Source: an uncultured Pseudomonadota bacterium (lineage in GTDB: Bacteria; Myxococcota_A; Polyangia; Polyangiales; Polyangiaceae). Taken from it: 64,000 bases of DNA. The notes beneath the pieces were generated by a model. The model made no database searches and had not been told where the DNA came from. It was given only the letters and a program-made list of their open reading frames with translations. The stretch covers positions 104,451-168,450 of the forward strand of contig CAWGGM010000009.1 in NCBI GenBank assembly GCA_963822115.1, given 5' to 3'. Shown piece after piece: positions 1 through 9,511 of this stretch. Every line of letters begins with the position of its first letter. The first letter of the stretch is position 1. Both the position numbers and the translations under genes were made by a program.

Positions 1-159
1 AAGGAAGGCAAGTCCAAGGTCATCCTGTTCAATCTCTGCGGCCACGGCCATTTCGACATGACGGCGTACATGGACTACTTCGCCGGCAAGCTCGAAGACC
101 GCGACTACGACGAGAAACTGCTTTCCGATTCGCTGTCGGCGCTGCCCGCGGTTTCCTGA
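1..159 (+). CDS. 3' end of a TrpB-like PLP-dependent enzyme (tryptophan synthase beta-like), 5'-truncated by the window edge
   Basis: Frame 1 reads KEGKSKVILFNLCGHGHFDMTAYMDYFAGKLEDRDYDEKLLSDSLSALPAVS with a TGA at 157-159. The NLCGHGHFD block matches my memory of the C-terminus of TrpB2-type paralogs. G/C-ending codons dominate. Confidence 0.5.
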   Translation, partial: KEGKSKVILFNLCGHGHFDMTAYMDYFAGKLEDRDYDEKLLSDSLSALPAVS

Positions 160-223
160 GGCGGATAGTCCAGCCAGGGTCGTGCCTCGTGACAGCGGGG
201 CGCGACCTTGCTAGTTCCGCGGC

Positions 224-2378
224 ATGTCGCTCGAGCGCATCCGCCGTCTGATCAGCCGGTTCTCCGAGCAGGTCGCCGCGTACACGCCTGGCGCATCGCC
301 AGAGCTGCCGTTCGACGCGGCAGTCGGGCGCGAGCTGCTCGAGTCGATGCTGCTCGCGCGCCATCTCGACCGCGCCGCGCACGAGCTGCGCGCCGCGGGC
401 CACGGGCACTACACCATCTGCAGCACGGGGCACGAGGCCAACGCCGTGCTCGGTCGCCTCACCCGGCCGAGCGATCCGGCCATCGTGCACTATCGCAGCG
501 CTGCGCTGCAGGTCGAGCGCTCGCGCCAGGTCGACGGCGTGGACAGCGCGCGCGACATCGCGCTGTCGCTGGTGGCGTCTAGCGACGAGCCAACCAGTGG
601 CGGACGCCACAAGGTCTTCGGCGGGCGGCACCTCGGCATGATCCCGTCGACGAGCACGATCGCCTCGCACCTGCCGCGTGCGCTCGGTCTGGCCTTCGCG
701 CTCGAACGCCGACCCCGGCTGGGGCTGGACCCGGAGTGGCCGAAGGACGCCATCGCCCTGGCGAGCTTCGGCGACGCGAGCCTGAACCACAGCACAGCCC
801 AGGGCACCCTCAACGCAGCCGGGTGGGTCGTCCACCAGCGACTGACGCTGCCGCTGCTGCTCGTGTGCGAGGACAATGCGCTGGGCATCAGTGTGCGCAC
901 GCCGCACGGCTGGGTGGAGGAACGGCTGCGCGCGCTGCCGCACCTGACCTACTTCCACGCGCAGGGCTGGGACCTGGGCGGAAGCTTCCGCGCCGCCCGG
1001 GAAGCCGTCGAGCACTGCCGCCGCACGCGGCGCCCGGCAGTGCTGCACCTCGAGTGCGTGCGACTGCTCGGGCACGCGGGCAGCGACGTGGACACGGTCT
1101 ACCGCACCCCCGGCGAGTTGCTTCAAGCCGAGAGTCGCGATCCCGTACTGCGTGCTGCGATGCAGCTCATCGACGCGGGATACGTCGACAGCGCCGAGCG
1201 TGATGGCGCTGGAGAAGCGGGTCGCCGAGCGCGTCTCGGCCGAGGCCGAGCGCGCCGCCGGCTCGCCGCGGCTGCAGACGCTGGCACAGGTCGAAGCCGC
1301 GCTGACCTCGCCGGCGGATCGGAACGTGGAGAGCGAAGCGACGCGGCAGCTCGGCTCGCTACCGTCCGGGTCGCTGACGCTGGCACAGGGCATCAATTCC
1401 GTGCTCGGCGAGGCGCTCGAGCGCTATCCCGAAGCGATCATCTTCGGCGAGGACGTGGCAAAGAAGGGCGGCGTCTACGGTCTCACCAAGGGGCTCTTGT
1501 CACGCGGCGGTCCGGCTCGCGTATTCAACTCGCTGCTGGACGAACAGACGATCCTCGGGCTCGCACTGGGCACCGCGACGCTCGGCCTCCTGCCGATCCC
1601 GGAAATCCAGTATCTCGCCTATCTGCACAACGCCGAGGACCAGCTCCGGGGCGAAGCCGCCACGATGCAGTTTTTCTCCGACGGCGCATACGACAATCCG
1701 ATGCTGCTGCGCATCGCCGGGTTCGCCTACCAGAAGGGCTTCGGCGGACACTTCCACAACGACAATTCGGTGGCCGCGCTTCGCGACGTCCCGGGGCTGG
1801 TGATCGGCGTGCCCGCGCGAGCGGACGACGCGATCGAGCTGTACCGGACGGGCCTTGCACTGGCCAGGCACGCGCGCCGCGTGGTGGTGATGATCGAACC
1901 GATCGCGCTCTATCACAGCCGCGATCTCTACGAGGACGGCGATCAGCGATGGACCGCGAAAGCTCCCAGCGGGGGCGCGCCCTTCGGCCGGGCGCGCGTC
2001 TATCACGAGAAAGCACCGGATCTGTGCATCGCGACGTACGGCAACGGCGTCCGGATGAGCCTCAGGGCGGCCGAGCGGCTCGAACGCGAGCACGGCGTCC
2101 GTGCGCGCGTGCTGGACCTGCGCTGGCTCGCGCCGTTGCCGGTGGAGGATGTGCTGCACCACGCCGGGGAAACCAGCCGGCTGCTGGTCGTCGACGAATG
2201 CCGGCGGACCGGCAGCGTCTCGGAGGCCCTGGCCGCCGCACTGCTCGACGCCGGCAGCTCCGCCCGCTTCGGCCGCGTCACGTCAGCGGACTGCTACATT
2301 CCGCTCGGCGAGGCCGCCAATCTGGTACTCGTGGGCGAGGACGAGATCCGCGAGCGCGCGCTACAGCTGGTCGGTTGA
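224..2378 (+). pseudogene. Fused TPP-dependent 2-oxoacid dehydrogenase E1 alpha/beta, interrupted by an apparent 1-nt frameshift near 1198
   Basis: Frame 2 (224 to ~1198) encodes an E1-alpha module (HGHYTICSTGHEANAVLG, GDASLNHSTAQGTLNAAGW, LLLVCEDNALGIS). Frame 3 (~1199-2378) continues with ALEKRVAERV and an E1-beta/transketolase-like module (IFGEDVAKKGGVYGLTKGL, FNSLLDEQTILGLALG, LDLRWLAPLP). The frame-2 product after ~1200 is Arg/Ala-rich nonsense. The 2155-nt span is not a multiple of 3. Confidence 0.75.
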
Positions 2379-2436
2379 GCCCTTGCGACGGACCGGCGGC
2401 CGCTCCATGAAGCCATCACGACCCGCGAGGACCGGC

Positions 2437-3036
2437 ATGCCGAAAACCATCGAGTTCTTCTTCGACTTCTCCAGCCCCAACGCCTACTTCGCTGCAATGC
2501 AGCTGCCAGCACTGGCCGAGCGCCACGCTGCACAGATCGTCTACAAGCCGTTTCTGCTGGGCGGCCTCTTCAAGTCGCTCGACGTGAACATGACGCCCGG
2601 CATGACGAGCCCGGCCAAGGCACAGAACAGCATGAAGGACCTGGAGCGCTGGAGCGCAAAGTACGGCGTTCCGTTCCACTACCCTTCGCGCTTCCCGATG
2701 AACACGGTGACCGCGCTGCGCATCGCGCTGGCGCTCTCCGCCGACGGAAAGGACATCCGCCCGTTCGTCGAAGCAACGTATCGCGCCTACTGGGTGGACG
2801 ACCGCGACATCTCGGACGCGGAAGTGTTGCGCAGTGTTCTTTCAGGGCTCGGGCTGGATGCCGACGCGCTGCTCGCCCGCACGCAGGACCCTGCCGTCAA
2901 GCAGGCACTCAAGGACGCCACCGCCGAGGCGGAGCAGCGCGGCCTGTTCGGCGCGCCGTCGTTCATCGTCGACGGCGAGCTCTACTTCGGCAAGGACCGG
3001 CTGGAGTTCGTCGAGGACGCGCTAGCAGGCAGCTGA
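2437..3036 (+). CDS. 2-hydroxychromene-2-carboxylate isomerase / DsbA-like thioredoxin-fold protein
   Basis: ATG at 2437 gives MPKTIEFFFDFSSPNAYFA...GLFGAPSFIVDGELYFGKDRLEFVE. This is the typical HCCA-isomerase/DsbA-family N-terminal and C-terminal signature. The upstream part of the 2101 ORF is out-of-frame overlap with the E1 gene. Confidence 0.85.
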   Translation: MPKTIEFFFDFSSPNAYFAAMQLPALAERHAAQIVYKPFLLGGLFKSLDVNMTPGMTSPAKAQNSMKDLERWSAKYGVPFHYPSRFPMNTVTALRIALALSADGKDIRPFVEATYRAYWVDDRDISDAEVLRSVLSGLGLDADALLARTQDPAVKQALKDATAEAEQRGLFGAPSFIVDGELYFGKDRLEFVEDALAGS

Positions 3037-3088
3037 AGAGCCGGCTGCGCAACGTCCGTACCTGGTACGGGCACCGACTACCTGTTGG

Positions 3089-4801
3089 CTACTGGCACCC
3101 GCAGGTACCCGCGGAACACGAGCAGTGCTGGCCCCCCTTGCAGTCGTTTCCACACGACCCGCAGTCCTTGTCGTGCGCGGCAGTAAGGTCGACCTCGCAA
3201 CCGTCGGTGGGGTCGTGGTTGCAGTCGTCGAAGCCCTGGTCACACTGGCCGATCTGGCAGCTTCCGCTCGAGCAATCGCCAGTGGCGTTCGTCGGGGTGC
3301 ACGGCGTACCGCATGAACCGCAGTTCGTGTTCGTCTTCAGCGACTCGCAGCCGTCGGCCATGTTGCTGTCGCACTCGTCGAAGCTGGCCTTGCAGCTGCT
3401 GTAGGTGCACTGGCTGTTCACGCACGACGCGCCGCCCGCATTGACCACGGTCTGGCCGCAGTCGGTGCCGCATGTGCCGCAGTGGTTCGTGGTCTTGGTA
3501 AGGTCCGTCTCGCAGCCGTTGCCGACATTGCTGTCGCAGTTCCCGTAGCCGGATGAGCAACTGCTGATCGCGCACGTTCCGGTGCTGCAGCTACCGGTGG
3601 CATTCGCCGGGTTGCATCCGGTGCCACAGGTCCCGCAGTTGGTCGTCGTGTTCAGCTGCGCTTCGCAGCCGTTGCTGAACTGGCCGTCGCAGTCGCCGTA
3701 GCCTGACTTGCACGAGGCGACCGCACAACTGCCGGTCGTGCACTGGACCGTCGCGTTCGGAGCACTGCACACCTTGCCGCAGGTTCCACAGTTGCTCGTG
3801 CTCTTGTTGGTATCGACCTCGCAGCCGTTGGCTGCATTCCCGTCGCAGTTGCCCCAGCTGCCCTTGCAGGCCTCCTGGCACTTGCCGCCACTGCACGTCG
3901 GGGTCGCGTTCTGGTTGCCGCAGACAATGCCGCACCCACCGCAGTTGTCGATCTTCGTGATGTCGGTCTCGCAACTGCTCGGGCTCGAGTCGCAATCGGC
4001 ATGAGTCTTGTCGCACGTGTAGGTACAGCTCCCGCCGGAGCAGGCCGCCAAGCCATTGGTCGCCTTGCAGACGTGGCCGCACGTGCCGCAGTTCGACGCG
4101 TCGCTTGAAGTCGGCGTTTCGCAACCGTTGCTCCTGTCGCCGTCGCAGTCGCCCCAGCCGGCGTCACACTTGGAGTAGTCGCACGTGCTGCTCGAGCAGG
4201 TGACCGTGGCATGCTGCACCTTGGTAGAGCAGTCGTTGGTGCAGAAGCCGCAGTTCTTTGGATCCGAGGTGAGATCCACTTCGCAGCCGTCGCTCGAGTC
4301 GTGGTTGCAGTCTTCCTTGCCGATCGGACAGTTCGACACGTCGCACGTGCCCTGATTGCAGACCCAGTTGGTGGTGTCGCCCGGTTTGAAGCAGTCGTGG
4401 CCGCAGGATCCGCAGTTCTTGGGGTCGGCGTCGGTATTGACCTCGCAGCCATCCGACGGGTCCTTGTCACAGTCTTTGAACCCCGGGTTGCAGCTCTGGA
4501 TGGCGCAGCTGCCGTCTGATGCGCAGTCGGCAACGGCGTGGGACAGATCACACGGACTGCAGGAAGTCCCCGCGCAGCCGTGGTCCGGGTCGGTCTTCTC
4601 AGGACAGGAAGTACCGCCGCAGAACTTCTGGGTTTGCGAGGGGAAGCAGGTCGACCCGCCGCTTCCGCCGTCGATACCTCCCCCCGATCCTCCGGATGCC
4701 CCCGAGTCCGACGAGCTGCCTGCGCCCGAAGGCTCCGTGTTCACGCTGCAGGCCGCCGCGGAAAACCAAGCCACAACCACAAGCCAAAACACCCGGCGCA
4801 T
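3089..4801 (-). CDS. Cysteine-rich repeat lipoprotein, paralog 1 (about ten ~50-aa, 8-Cys modules)
   Basis: ATG at 4801 gives MRRVFWLVVVAWFSAAAC (signal peptide ending in a lipobox-like Cys). A Gly/Ser linker follows, then tandem modules of the form NCG(S/T)CG-x2-C ... (N/H)AT-x2-C-x2-G-x-C ... C-x2-G(W/Y/F)-x-(D/N)CD ... (D/N)GCE. The modules are reminiscent of Stig1-type D-x-NCGxCG cysteine-rich domains (from memory). Confidence 0.85.
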   Translation of the reverse strand: MRRVFWLVVVAWFSAAACSVNTEPSGAGSSSDSGASGGSGGGIDGGSGGSTCFPSQTQKFCGGTSCPEKTDPDHGCAGTSCSPCDLSHAVADCASDGSCAIQSCNPGFKDCDKDPSDGCEVNTDADPKNCGSCGHDCFKPGDTTNWVCNQGTCDVSNCPIGKEDCNHDSSDGCEVDLTSDPKNCGFCTNDCSTKVQHATVTCSSSTCDYSKCDAGWGDCDGDRSNGCETPTSSDASNCGTCGHVCKATNGLAACSGGSCTYTCDKTHADCDSSPSSCETDITKIDNCGGCGIVCGNQNATPTCSGGKCQEACKGSWGNCDGNAANGCEVDTNKSTSNCGTCGKVCSAPNATVQCTTGSCAVASCKSGYGDCDGQFSNGCEAQLNTTTNCGTCGTGCNPANATGSCSTGTCAISSCSSGYGNCDSNVGNGCETDLTKTTNHCGTCGTDCGQTVVNAGGASCVNSQCTYSSCKASFDECDSNMADGCESLKTNTNCGSCGTPCTPTNATGDCSSGSCQIGQCDQGFDDCNHDPTDGCEVDLTAAHDKDCGSCGNDCKGGQHCSCSAGTCGCQ

Positions 4802-4920
4802 GGCGACAACTCTACTACATCGCCCATGCCACTTCGAGGAAGGATGCTGCGCGCGGCTTTCCAGGCGAATGCCGCCCGGAAGAATGCACGCCCAAGGGCC
4901 TGCCACGGCGCGTCAGCTTG

Positions 4921-7308
4921 CTACGGCAGACAGCTATAGCCTACGCCGGCCTCGAGCAGTTTGCAGTGCAGACCCCCGACGCACTTGTTGCTGCACGAGC
5001 CGCAGGTCGCATCCGACGTCAGATCGGTTTCGCAGCCGTTGGTCGTGTCCGAGTCGCAATCGCCCCAGCCGGACGCGCAAGACGAGTAGCCGCAGGTGCC
5101 GCTCGTGCAGGTGGCCGCAGCGTGCAGGACCTGGGTCGTGCAGTCCTTGCCGCAGCTGCCGCAGGTAGCGGGCGCGGTCAGGTCCGCCTCGCAGCCGTTG
5201 GTCGTGTCCGAGTCGCAATCGGCCCAGCCGGACGCGCACGACGAGTAGCCGCAAGTGCCGCTCGTGCAGGTCGGCGTCGCGTGTTGCACGCTCGTCGTGC
5301 AGTTGTTGCCGCAGCTGCCGCAGTTGGCAAGCTGGGTCAGGTCGGTCTCGCAGCCATTGCTCGTTTTGGAATCGCAGTTGCCCCAGCCCGAGCTGCACGA
5401 GCTGTAGCTGCACGCGCCGCTCGTGCACGCCACCCCCGTGGCGTTCTGCACGCTCGTCGTGCAGTTGTTGCCGCAGCTGCCGCAGTTGGCAAGCTGGGTC
5501 AGGTCGGTCTCGCAGCCATTGCTCGTTTTGGAATCGCAGTTGCCCCAGCCCGAGCTGCACGAGCTGTAGCTGCACGCGCCGCTCGTGCACGCCACCCCCG
5601 TGGCGTTCTGCACGCTCGTCGTGCAGTTGTTGCCGCAGCTGCCGCAGTTGGTGGTGTTGTTGCTGGTGTTCGTCTCGCAGCCGTCGGCAACGCCGCCGCT
5701 GCAGTCCTTGTACGGCGCCGTGCAGCTCGCGATTGCGCAGGTGCCGGTGCTGCAGGTTCCCGTGGCATGCGCAGGGCTGCACGCCGTCCCACAGCTGCCG
5801 CAGTTCGTCGTCGTGGTCAGCTGGGTCTCGCAGCCATTGGCCGCTCCGCCGCTACAGTCGCCCCAGCCCGCGGCACACGAGCCGGTGTAGGTGCACGCGC
5901 CACTCGAGCACGCGACTCCGCTGGCGTGCTGCACGTTCGTCGTGCAGTTGTTACCGCAGCTGCCACAGTTGTTGACGTTGGTGCTCGTATTCGTCTCGCA
6001 GCCGTTGCCTACGCCCCCGCCGCAGTCCTTGTACGGCGCCGTGCAGCTCGCGATGGCGCAGGAGCCGGTAGTGCAGGTTCCGGTAGCATTCGCGGGGCTG
6101 CACGCCGACCCGCAACTGCCGCAGTTCGTCGTGGTGTTCAGCCGGGTCTCGCAGCCATTGGCCTTCCCACCGCTGCAGTCGCCCCAGCCCGCGTTGCAGC
6201 TCCCGGAGTAGCTGCAGTTGCCGCCTGAACAGGTGGCCGTGGCGTTCTTGACGAGGTTGTTGCAGTTCTTGCTGCAGCTGCCGCAGGTGGATGGCGACGA
6301 GAGGTTGGCCTCGCAACCGTCGCTCTGTTGTCCATTGCAGTCCGCGAAGCCGCTCTGACAGCCGACGACGCAGGTTCCGGCGTTGCAGGTAGGGGTGGAA
6401 TGATTCGTGCTGCAGATCGTGCCGCACTTGCCGCAGTGAGCCGGGTTGGTCTTCAGGTTGGTCTCGCAACCGCCACCCGGCAAGCAGTCCCCGTAGCCCG
6501 TGTTGCAGGTGATCTTGCACACACCGGCGACGCACGCCGCCTGACCGTTGGTCGTATTGCAGACATTGCCGCACTTGCCGCAGTTCGTCGCGTCCGTCGC
6601 GATGTCCTGCTCGCAGCCGTTGGTCGGATCGCCGTCGCAGTCGGCCCACCCCGGATCGCACTTGGAGTAGCCGCACTTGCCAGCCGTGCAACTGGGCGTC
6701 GCGTGCTGGACCGTGGACGAACAATCGTTGCCGCAGAAGCTGCAATTGGCCGGGTCGGAGGTCAGGTCGACCTCACACTTGTCCGCGGGGTCCTTGTTGC
6801 AGTCGCCCCGCCCCGTCGGGCAGTTCGATACCTCGCACGTGCCGTTGTTGCACGCCCAGTTCGTCGCATCGCCGGGCGTGTAGCAGTCGTGCCCGCAGCT
6901 GCCGCAGTTTTTCGGATCGGCCGCGGTGTTGACTTCGCAGCCGTCATCGACGCTGTTGTCGCAGTCGCTGAACCCCTGGTTGCAGTTCTGGATGCCGCAG
7001 CTTCCGTCGGCCGCGCAGTCGGTCTGCGCGTTGGACAGAGAACAGGGAGCGCAGGAAGGCGAAGCACAGCCGTGGGCCGGGTCGGTCTTGAGCGGGCAGT
7101 TCTGGCCGCCGCAGAACTTCTGGTCCGGGTTGGGAAAGCAATCGGCACCGCCGCCAATGCCCGCAGCGCCTATGCCACCTGACCCGCCCATCCCACCGAC
7201 GGCGCCGGAGTCGACATCCGACCCGGTACCTGTCGCCTCGGTATTGATGCTGCACGCAACCACCCCACTACAAGCCACAAGAAGGACGAGCCACAGCAAG
7301 CGACGCAT
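4921..7308 (-). CDS. Cysteine-rich repeat lipoprotein, paralog 2 (about fourteen modules)
   Basis: ATG at 7308 gives MRRLLWLVLLVACSGVVAC (signal peptide plus lipobox-like Cys). A Gly-rich linker follows, then the same module architecture as 3089-4801. It lies 119 nt upstream of paralog 1 on the same strand. Confidence 0.85.
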   Translation of the reverse strand: MRRLLWLVLLVACSGVVACSINTEATGTGSDVDSGAVGGMGGSGGIGAAGIGGGADCFPNPDQKFCGGQNCPLKTDPAHGCASPSCAPCSLSNAQTDCAADGSCGIQNCNQGFSDCDNSVDDGCEVNTAADPKNCGSCGHDCYTPGDATNWACNNGTCEVSNCPTGRGDCNKDPADKCEVDLTSDPANCSFCGNDCSSTVQHATPSCTAGKCGYSKCDPGWADCDGDPTNGCEQDIATDATNCGKCGNVCNTTNGQAACVAGVCKITCNTGYGDCLPGGGCETNLKTNPAHCGKCGTICSTNHSTPTCNAGTCVVGCQSGFADCNGQQSDGCEANLSSPSTCGSCSKNCNNLVKNATATCSGGNCSYSGSCNAGWGDCSGGKANGCETRLNTTTNCGSCGSACSPANATGTCTTGSCAIASCTAPYKDCGGGVGNGCETNTSTNVNNCGSCGNNCTTNVQHASGVACSSGACTYTGSCAAGWGDCSGGAANGCETQLTTTTNCGSCGTACSPAHATGTCSTGTCAIASCTAPYKDCSGGVADGCETNTSNNTTNCGSCGNNCTTSVQNATGVACTSGACSYSSCSSGWGNCDSKTSNGCETDLTQLANCGSCGNNCTTSVQNATGVACTSGACSYSSCSSGWGNCDSKTSNGCETDLTQLANCGSCGNNCTTSVQHATPTCTSGTCGYSSCASGWADCDSDTTNGCEADLTAPATCGSCGKDCTTQVLHAAATCTSGTCGYSSCASGWGDCDSDTTNGCETDLTSDATCGSCSNKCVGGLHCKLLEAGVGYSCLP
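5287..5650. repeat. Perfect 162-bp tandem duplication (two full copies plus a ~40-bp third start) inside Cys-rich paralog 2
   Basis: The string cacgctcgtcgtgcagttgttgccgcagctgccgcagttggcaagctgggtcagg recurs at 5287, 5449 and 5611 (period 162 nt = 54 aa). The protein shows NCGSCGNNCTTSVQNATGVACTSGACSYSSCSSGWGNCDSKTSNGCETDLTQLA twice, identically. Confidence 0.9.
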
Positions 7309-7372
7309 AGACACGACTCTACTACGACGAGCGACCTGCTTCGAGTGCCGGCAGACGGCCGGGGCGAGACAG

Positions 7373-8743
7373 TCAGGATGCAAGCGCGCGCCGGAGAGCG
7401 ACCGGAACATCCGCGTCCTGCTCGGGCAGGACCGTGCGCGCATCGAGCAGGAGAGCTCCGGTCGACACCCTCCCGACGACCGCGGGCCGTCCTGCTCGCA
7501 GGGCGCGGGCCAGCGCGTCGGGAGACCCGCCCCCTATTTCCAGTGCGACAGATGCCAGCGTGACGCCAGCGAGCGTACCGCCACCCACCGCCGCTTCGCT
7601 CTCCACGATTTGGGTGTGACGCGCCGCGGTTCCGAGCCCGTTCCGCCAACCTTCCACCCGTTCCCTCAGTCGGTCCAGCGGCGCGCGGAGCATGGCGTGG
7701 AGCGGGATGGTGTCCGGCTCTCCCCGCTCGTAGGCGTCCAGAACGGGCTCGAGCGCGGCCAGCGTGGTCTTGCCGACGCGCAGCGCGCGAGCCAGAGGGT
7801 CGCTCTTCATCCTGTCGACCAGGGCCGCTCTACCGACCGAGACGCCGCCCTGCGGTCCGCCAAAGAGCTTGTCGAGGCTGAAACAGACCACATCCGCACC
7901 CGCACGCAGGCAGCGCTGCACGCTGGGTTCGGCATCCCGCGCTGGCTGGGGAATGAACTCCGGCAGATCGGTGACCAGGCCGCCTCCCAGGTCCTTGATC
8001 AGGAGCAAGCCGTGGTCGTGGGCTGCACTCGCCAGCCGGGACAGCGCGGGCCGCTCGGCGAAGCCGCTCATCGTGAAATTGCTCGGGTGCACCCTGAGCA
8101 CGCAGGCGGTGCGCTCGGTGAACGCCGACACGTAGTCCTCGACGCGGGTGCGGTTGGTGGTGCCGACCTCCACAAGCCGGGCGCCCGACCGCTCTAGCAC
8201 GTCGGGGATGCGGAACCCTCCACCGATCTCCACCAGCTCGCCGCGCGACACCACGACCTCGCGCCCGGCTGCCAGCGCGCCGAGGGCGAGCAGCACCGCC
8301 GCGGCGTTGTTGTTGACGACGAGCGCACCTTCCGCTCCAACCAGCTCCGCGAGGCGCGCGTCGATCGCGGCACCCCGCCGCGAGCGCACGCCGAGCTCCA
8401 GATCGAATTCGAGCGTGCAGTACCCGCTCGCGATCTCCCGCATGCGCTCGAGCGATGCCCTCGGCAGCGGCGCGCGCCCCAGATTCGTGTGCAGCAGTAC
8501 GCCGGTCGCGTTGACGACCGCTTCGATGCGCTGCCCGAGGCGCCGCGCCGCGGCGGCAGCCACTGCCGAGGCCACCTCCGCTTCGGAGGGTGCCGGCGTG
8601 CCGGCGCGAACCTGCTCGCGGAACCCGGCGATCACGTCCCGGGCGATGCTGGTCAGTGCGCGCGCCCCGAGGGCCGCCCGCGAGTCGGCGAGCGTCGGAT
8701 GCGAAACGACGCGATCCACCTTGGGCAACCTGCGAAGATCCAC
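7373..8743 (-). CDS. selA: L-seryl-tRNA(Sec) selenium transferase
   Basis: Full-length collinear match to my memory of E. coli SelA: NATGVLLHTNLGRAPL, VVNNNAAAVLLAL, VVVSRGELVEIGGGFRIPDV, EVGTTNRT, and SLDKLFGGPQGG (the PLP lysine block). 456 aa. Confidence 0.9.
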   Translation of the reverse strand: MDLRRLPKVDRVVSHPTLADSRAALGARALTSIARDVIAGFREQVRAGTPAPSEAEVASAVAAAAARRLGQRIEAVVNATGVLLHTNLGRAPLPRASLERMREIASGYCTLEFDLELGVRSRRGAAIDARLAELVGAEGALVVNNNAAAVLLALGALAAGREVVVSRGELVEIGGGFRIPDVLERSGARLVEVGTTNRTRVEDYVSAFTERTACVLRVHPSNFTMSGFAERPALSRLASAAHDHGLLLIKDLGGGLVTDLPEFIPQPARDAEPSVQRCLRAGADVVCFSLDKLFGGPQGGVSVGRAALVDRMKSDPLARALRVGKTTLAALEPVLDAYERGEPDTIPLHAMLRAPLDRLRERVEGWRNGLGTAARHTQIVESEAAVGGGTLAGVTLASVALEIGGGSPDALARALRAGRPAVVGRVSTGALLLDARTVLPEQDADVPVALRRALAS

Positions 8744-8790
8744 GCCGACACACTAGGTCAGCGCAGCGGTTTCCGCCATGCGTCCGCGCG

Positions 8791-9477
8791 CTAGATCCCG
8801 GAAGGGATCGCGCCCTTTGCCGGCTGGGTCGGGCGTGCCGGCTTCGCGTGCGGCTGGGCGGCGGGTCGCGTCGCATGGCCCGCCCGCGGCCTGGAGACGT
8901 GATGCTTCTCCACCGGAAGCTGATCCAGCTTCACCGCGGGCTCCGCGGATGCGACGGGCGGCGCGGCGTCGTGCTCTTGCGCTGCCTCGACCGTCGCGAC
9001 CGGCACGCTCGATGGGGCGACAGGCGGAGACGGGTTGGCTGCTGCTGCCGCGGACGCCGCCACGGCCGGCTTCGAGCTCTTGCCGGAGAGGGTCGCCAGG
9101 ATGGCACCCAGCCCGAAGGCCAGCAGCCCGGCGGCGCCCCAGATCGCGAGGCCCGTCCAGGACTTCTTCCGGGTCTCTTGGGAGTCCATCTCCGCTACGG
9201 CGCGGGACAGCGCGCGCCGCTGGCGGCCCCTCACGACTAGCGTCGGGTCCGACGTCCCCTCGGTGTAGGCCTGGAGCTGGCGGGTTGCTTCGGCGTCCTC
9301 GTCCGCCACCACCACGCTGCGGCTCTCGACCTTGATCTGGGCACGGCGCTGGGGCGCGTGGGCCATCGATTGCTGGGCAACAATCGCCTCGTCGTCCAGC
9401 TCGTCGAGCTCCTCTTCCGGAGGCTCTGGGGGCGTCCTGGTCACCAGCGAACGGTTATAGCGGGCTGTTCCGCGCAA
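8791..9477 (-). CDS. Hypothetical single-pass membrane protein with an acidic N-terminus and an Ala/Pro-rich C-terminal region
   Basis: The ORF has one clear TM segment (WTGLAIWGAAGLLAFGLGAILATL). The start is uncertain: TTG at 9477, GTG at 9444 or ATG at 9366. No family recognised. Confidence 0.5.
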   Translation of the reverse strand: MRGTARYNRSLVTRTPPEPPEEELDELDDEAIVAQQSMAHAPQRRAQIKVESRSVVVADEDAEATRQLQAYTEGTSDPTLVVRGRQRRALSRAVAEMDSQETRKKSWTGLAIWGAAGLLAFGLGAILATLSGKSSKPAVAASAAAAANPSPPVAPSSVPVATVEAAQEHDAAPPVASAEPAVKLDQLPVEKHHVSRPRAGHATRPAAQPHAKPARPTQPAKGAIPSGI

Positions 9478-9511
9478 GGCCAGGATCGGCCATTCGTTCG
9501 AGCGTGGTAGG

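Noticed and set aside
1185-1210. Programmed ribosomal frameshifting or selenocysteine recoding as the explanation for the three interrupted genes (also ~10770 and ~24250)
   Set aside because: None of the three sites has a slippery X-XXY-YYZ heptamer, a homopolymer run or an in-frame TGA. The genes are functionally unrelated. Single-base insertion (mutation or base-call error) is the simpler explanation.
29-1396. 455-aa minus-strand ORF at the left edge (and similar long antisense ORFs, e.g. 11975-13888, 31538-33007, 34392-36824, 38271-39845, 54040-55404, 61090-63120)
   Set aside because: Each is antisense to a gene with strong family motifs and encodes Arg/Ala/Gly/Pro-rich low-complexity sequence. 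This is the expected consequence of about 70% GC, not evidence of overlapping genes.
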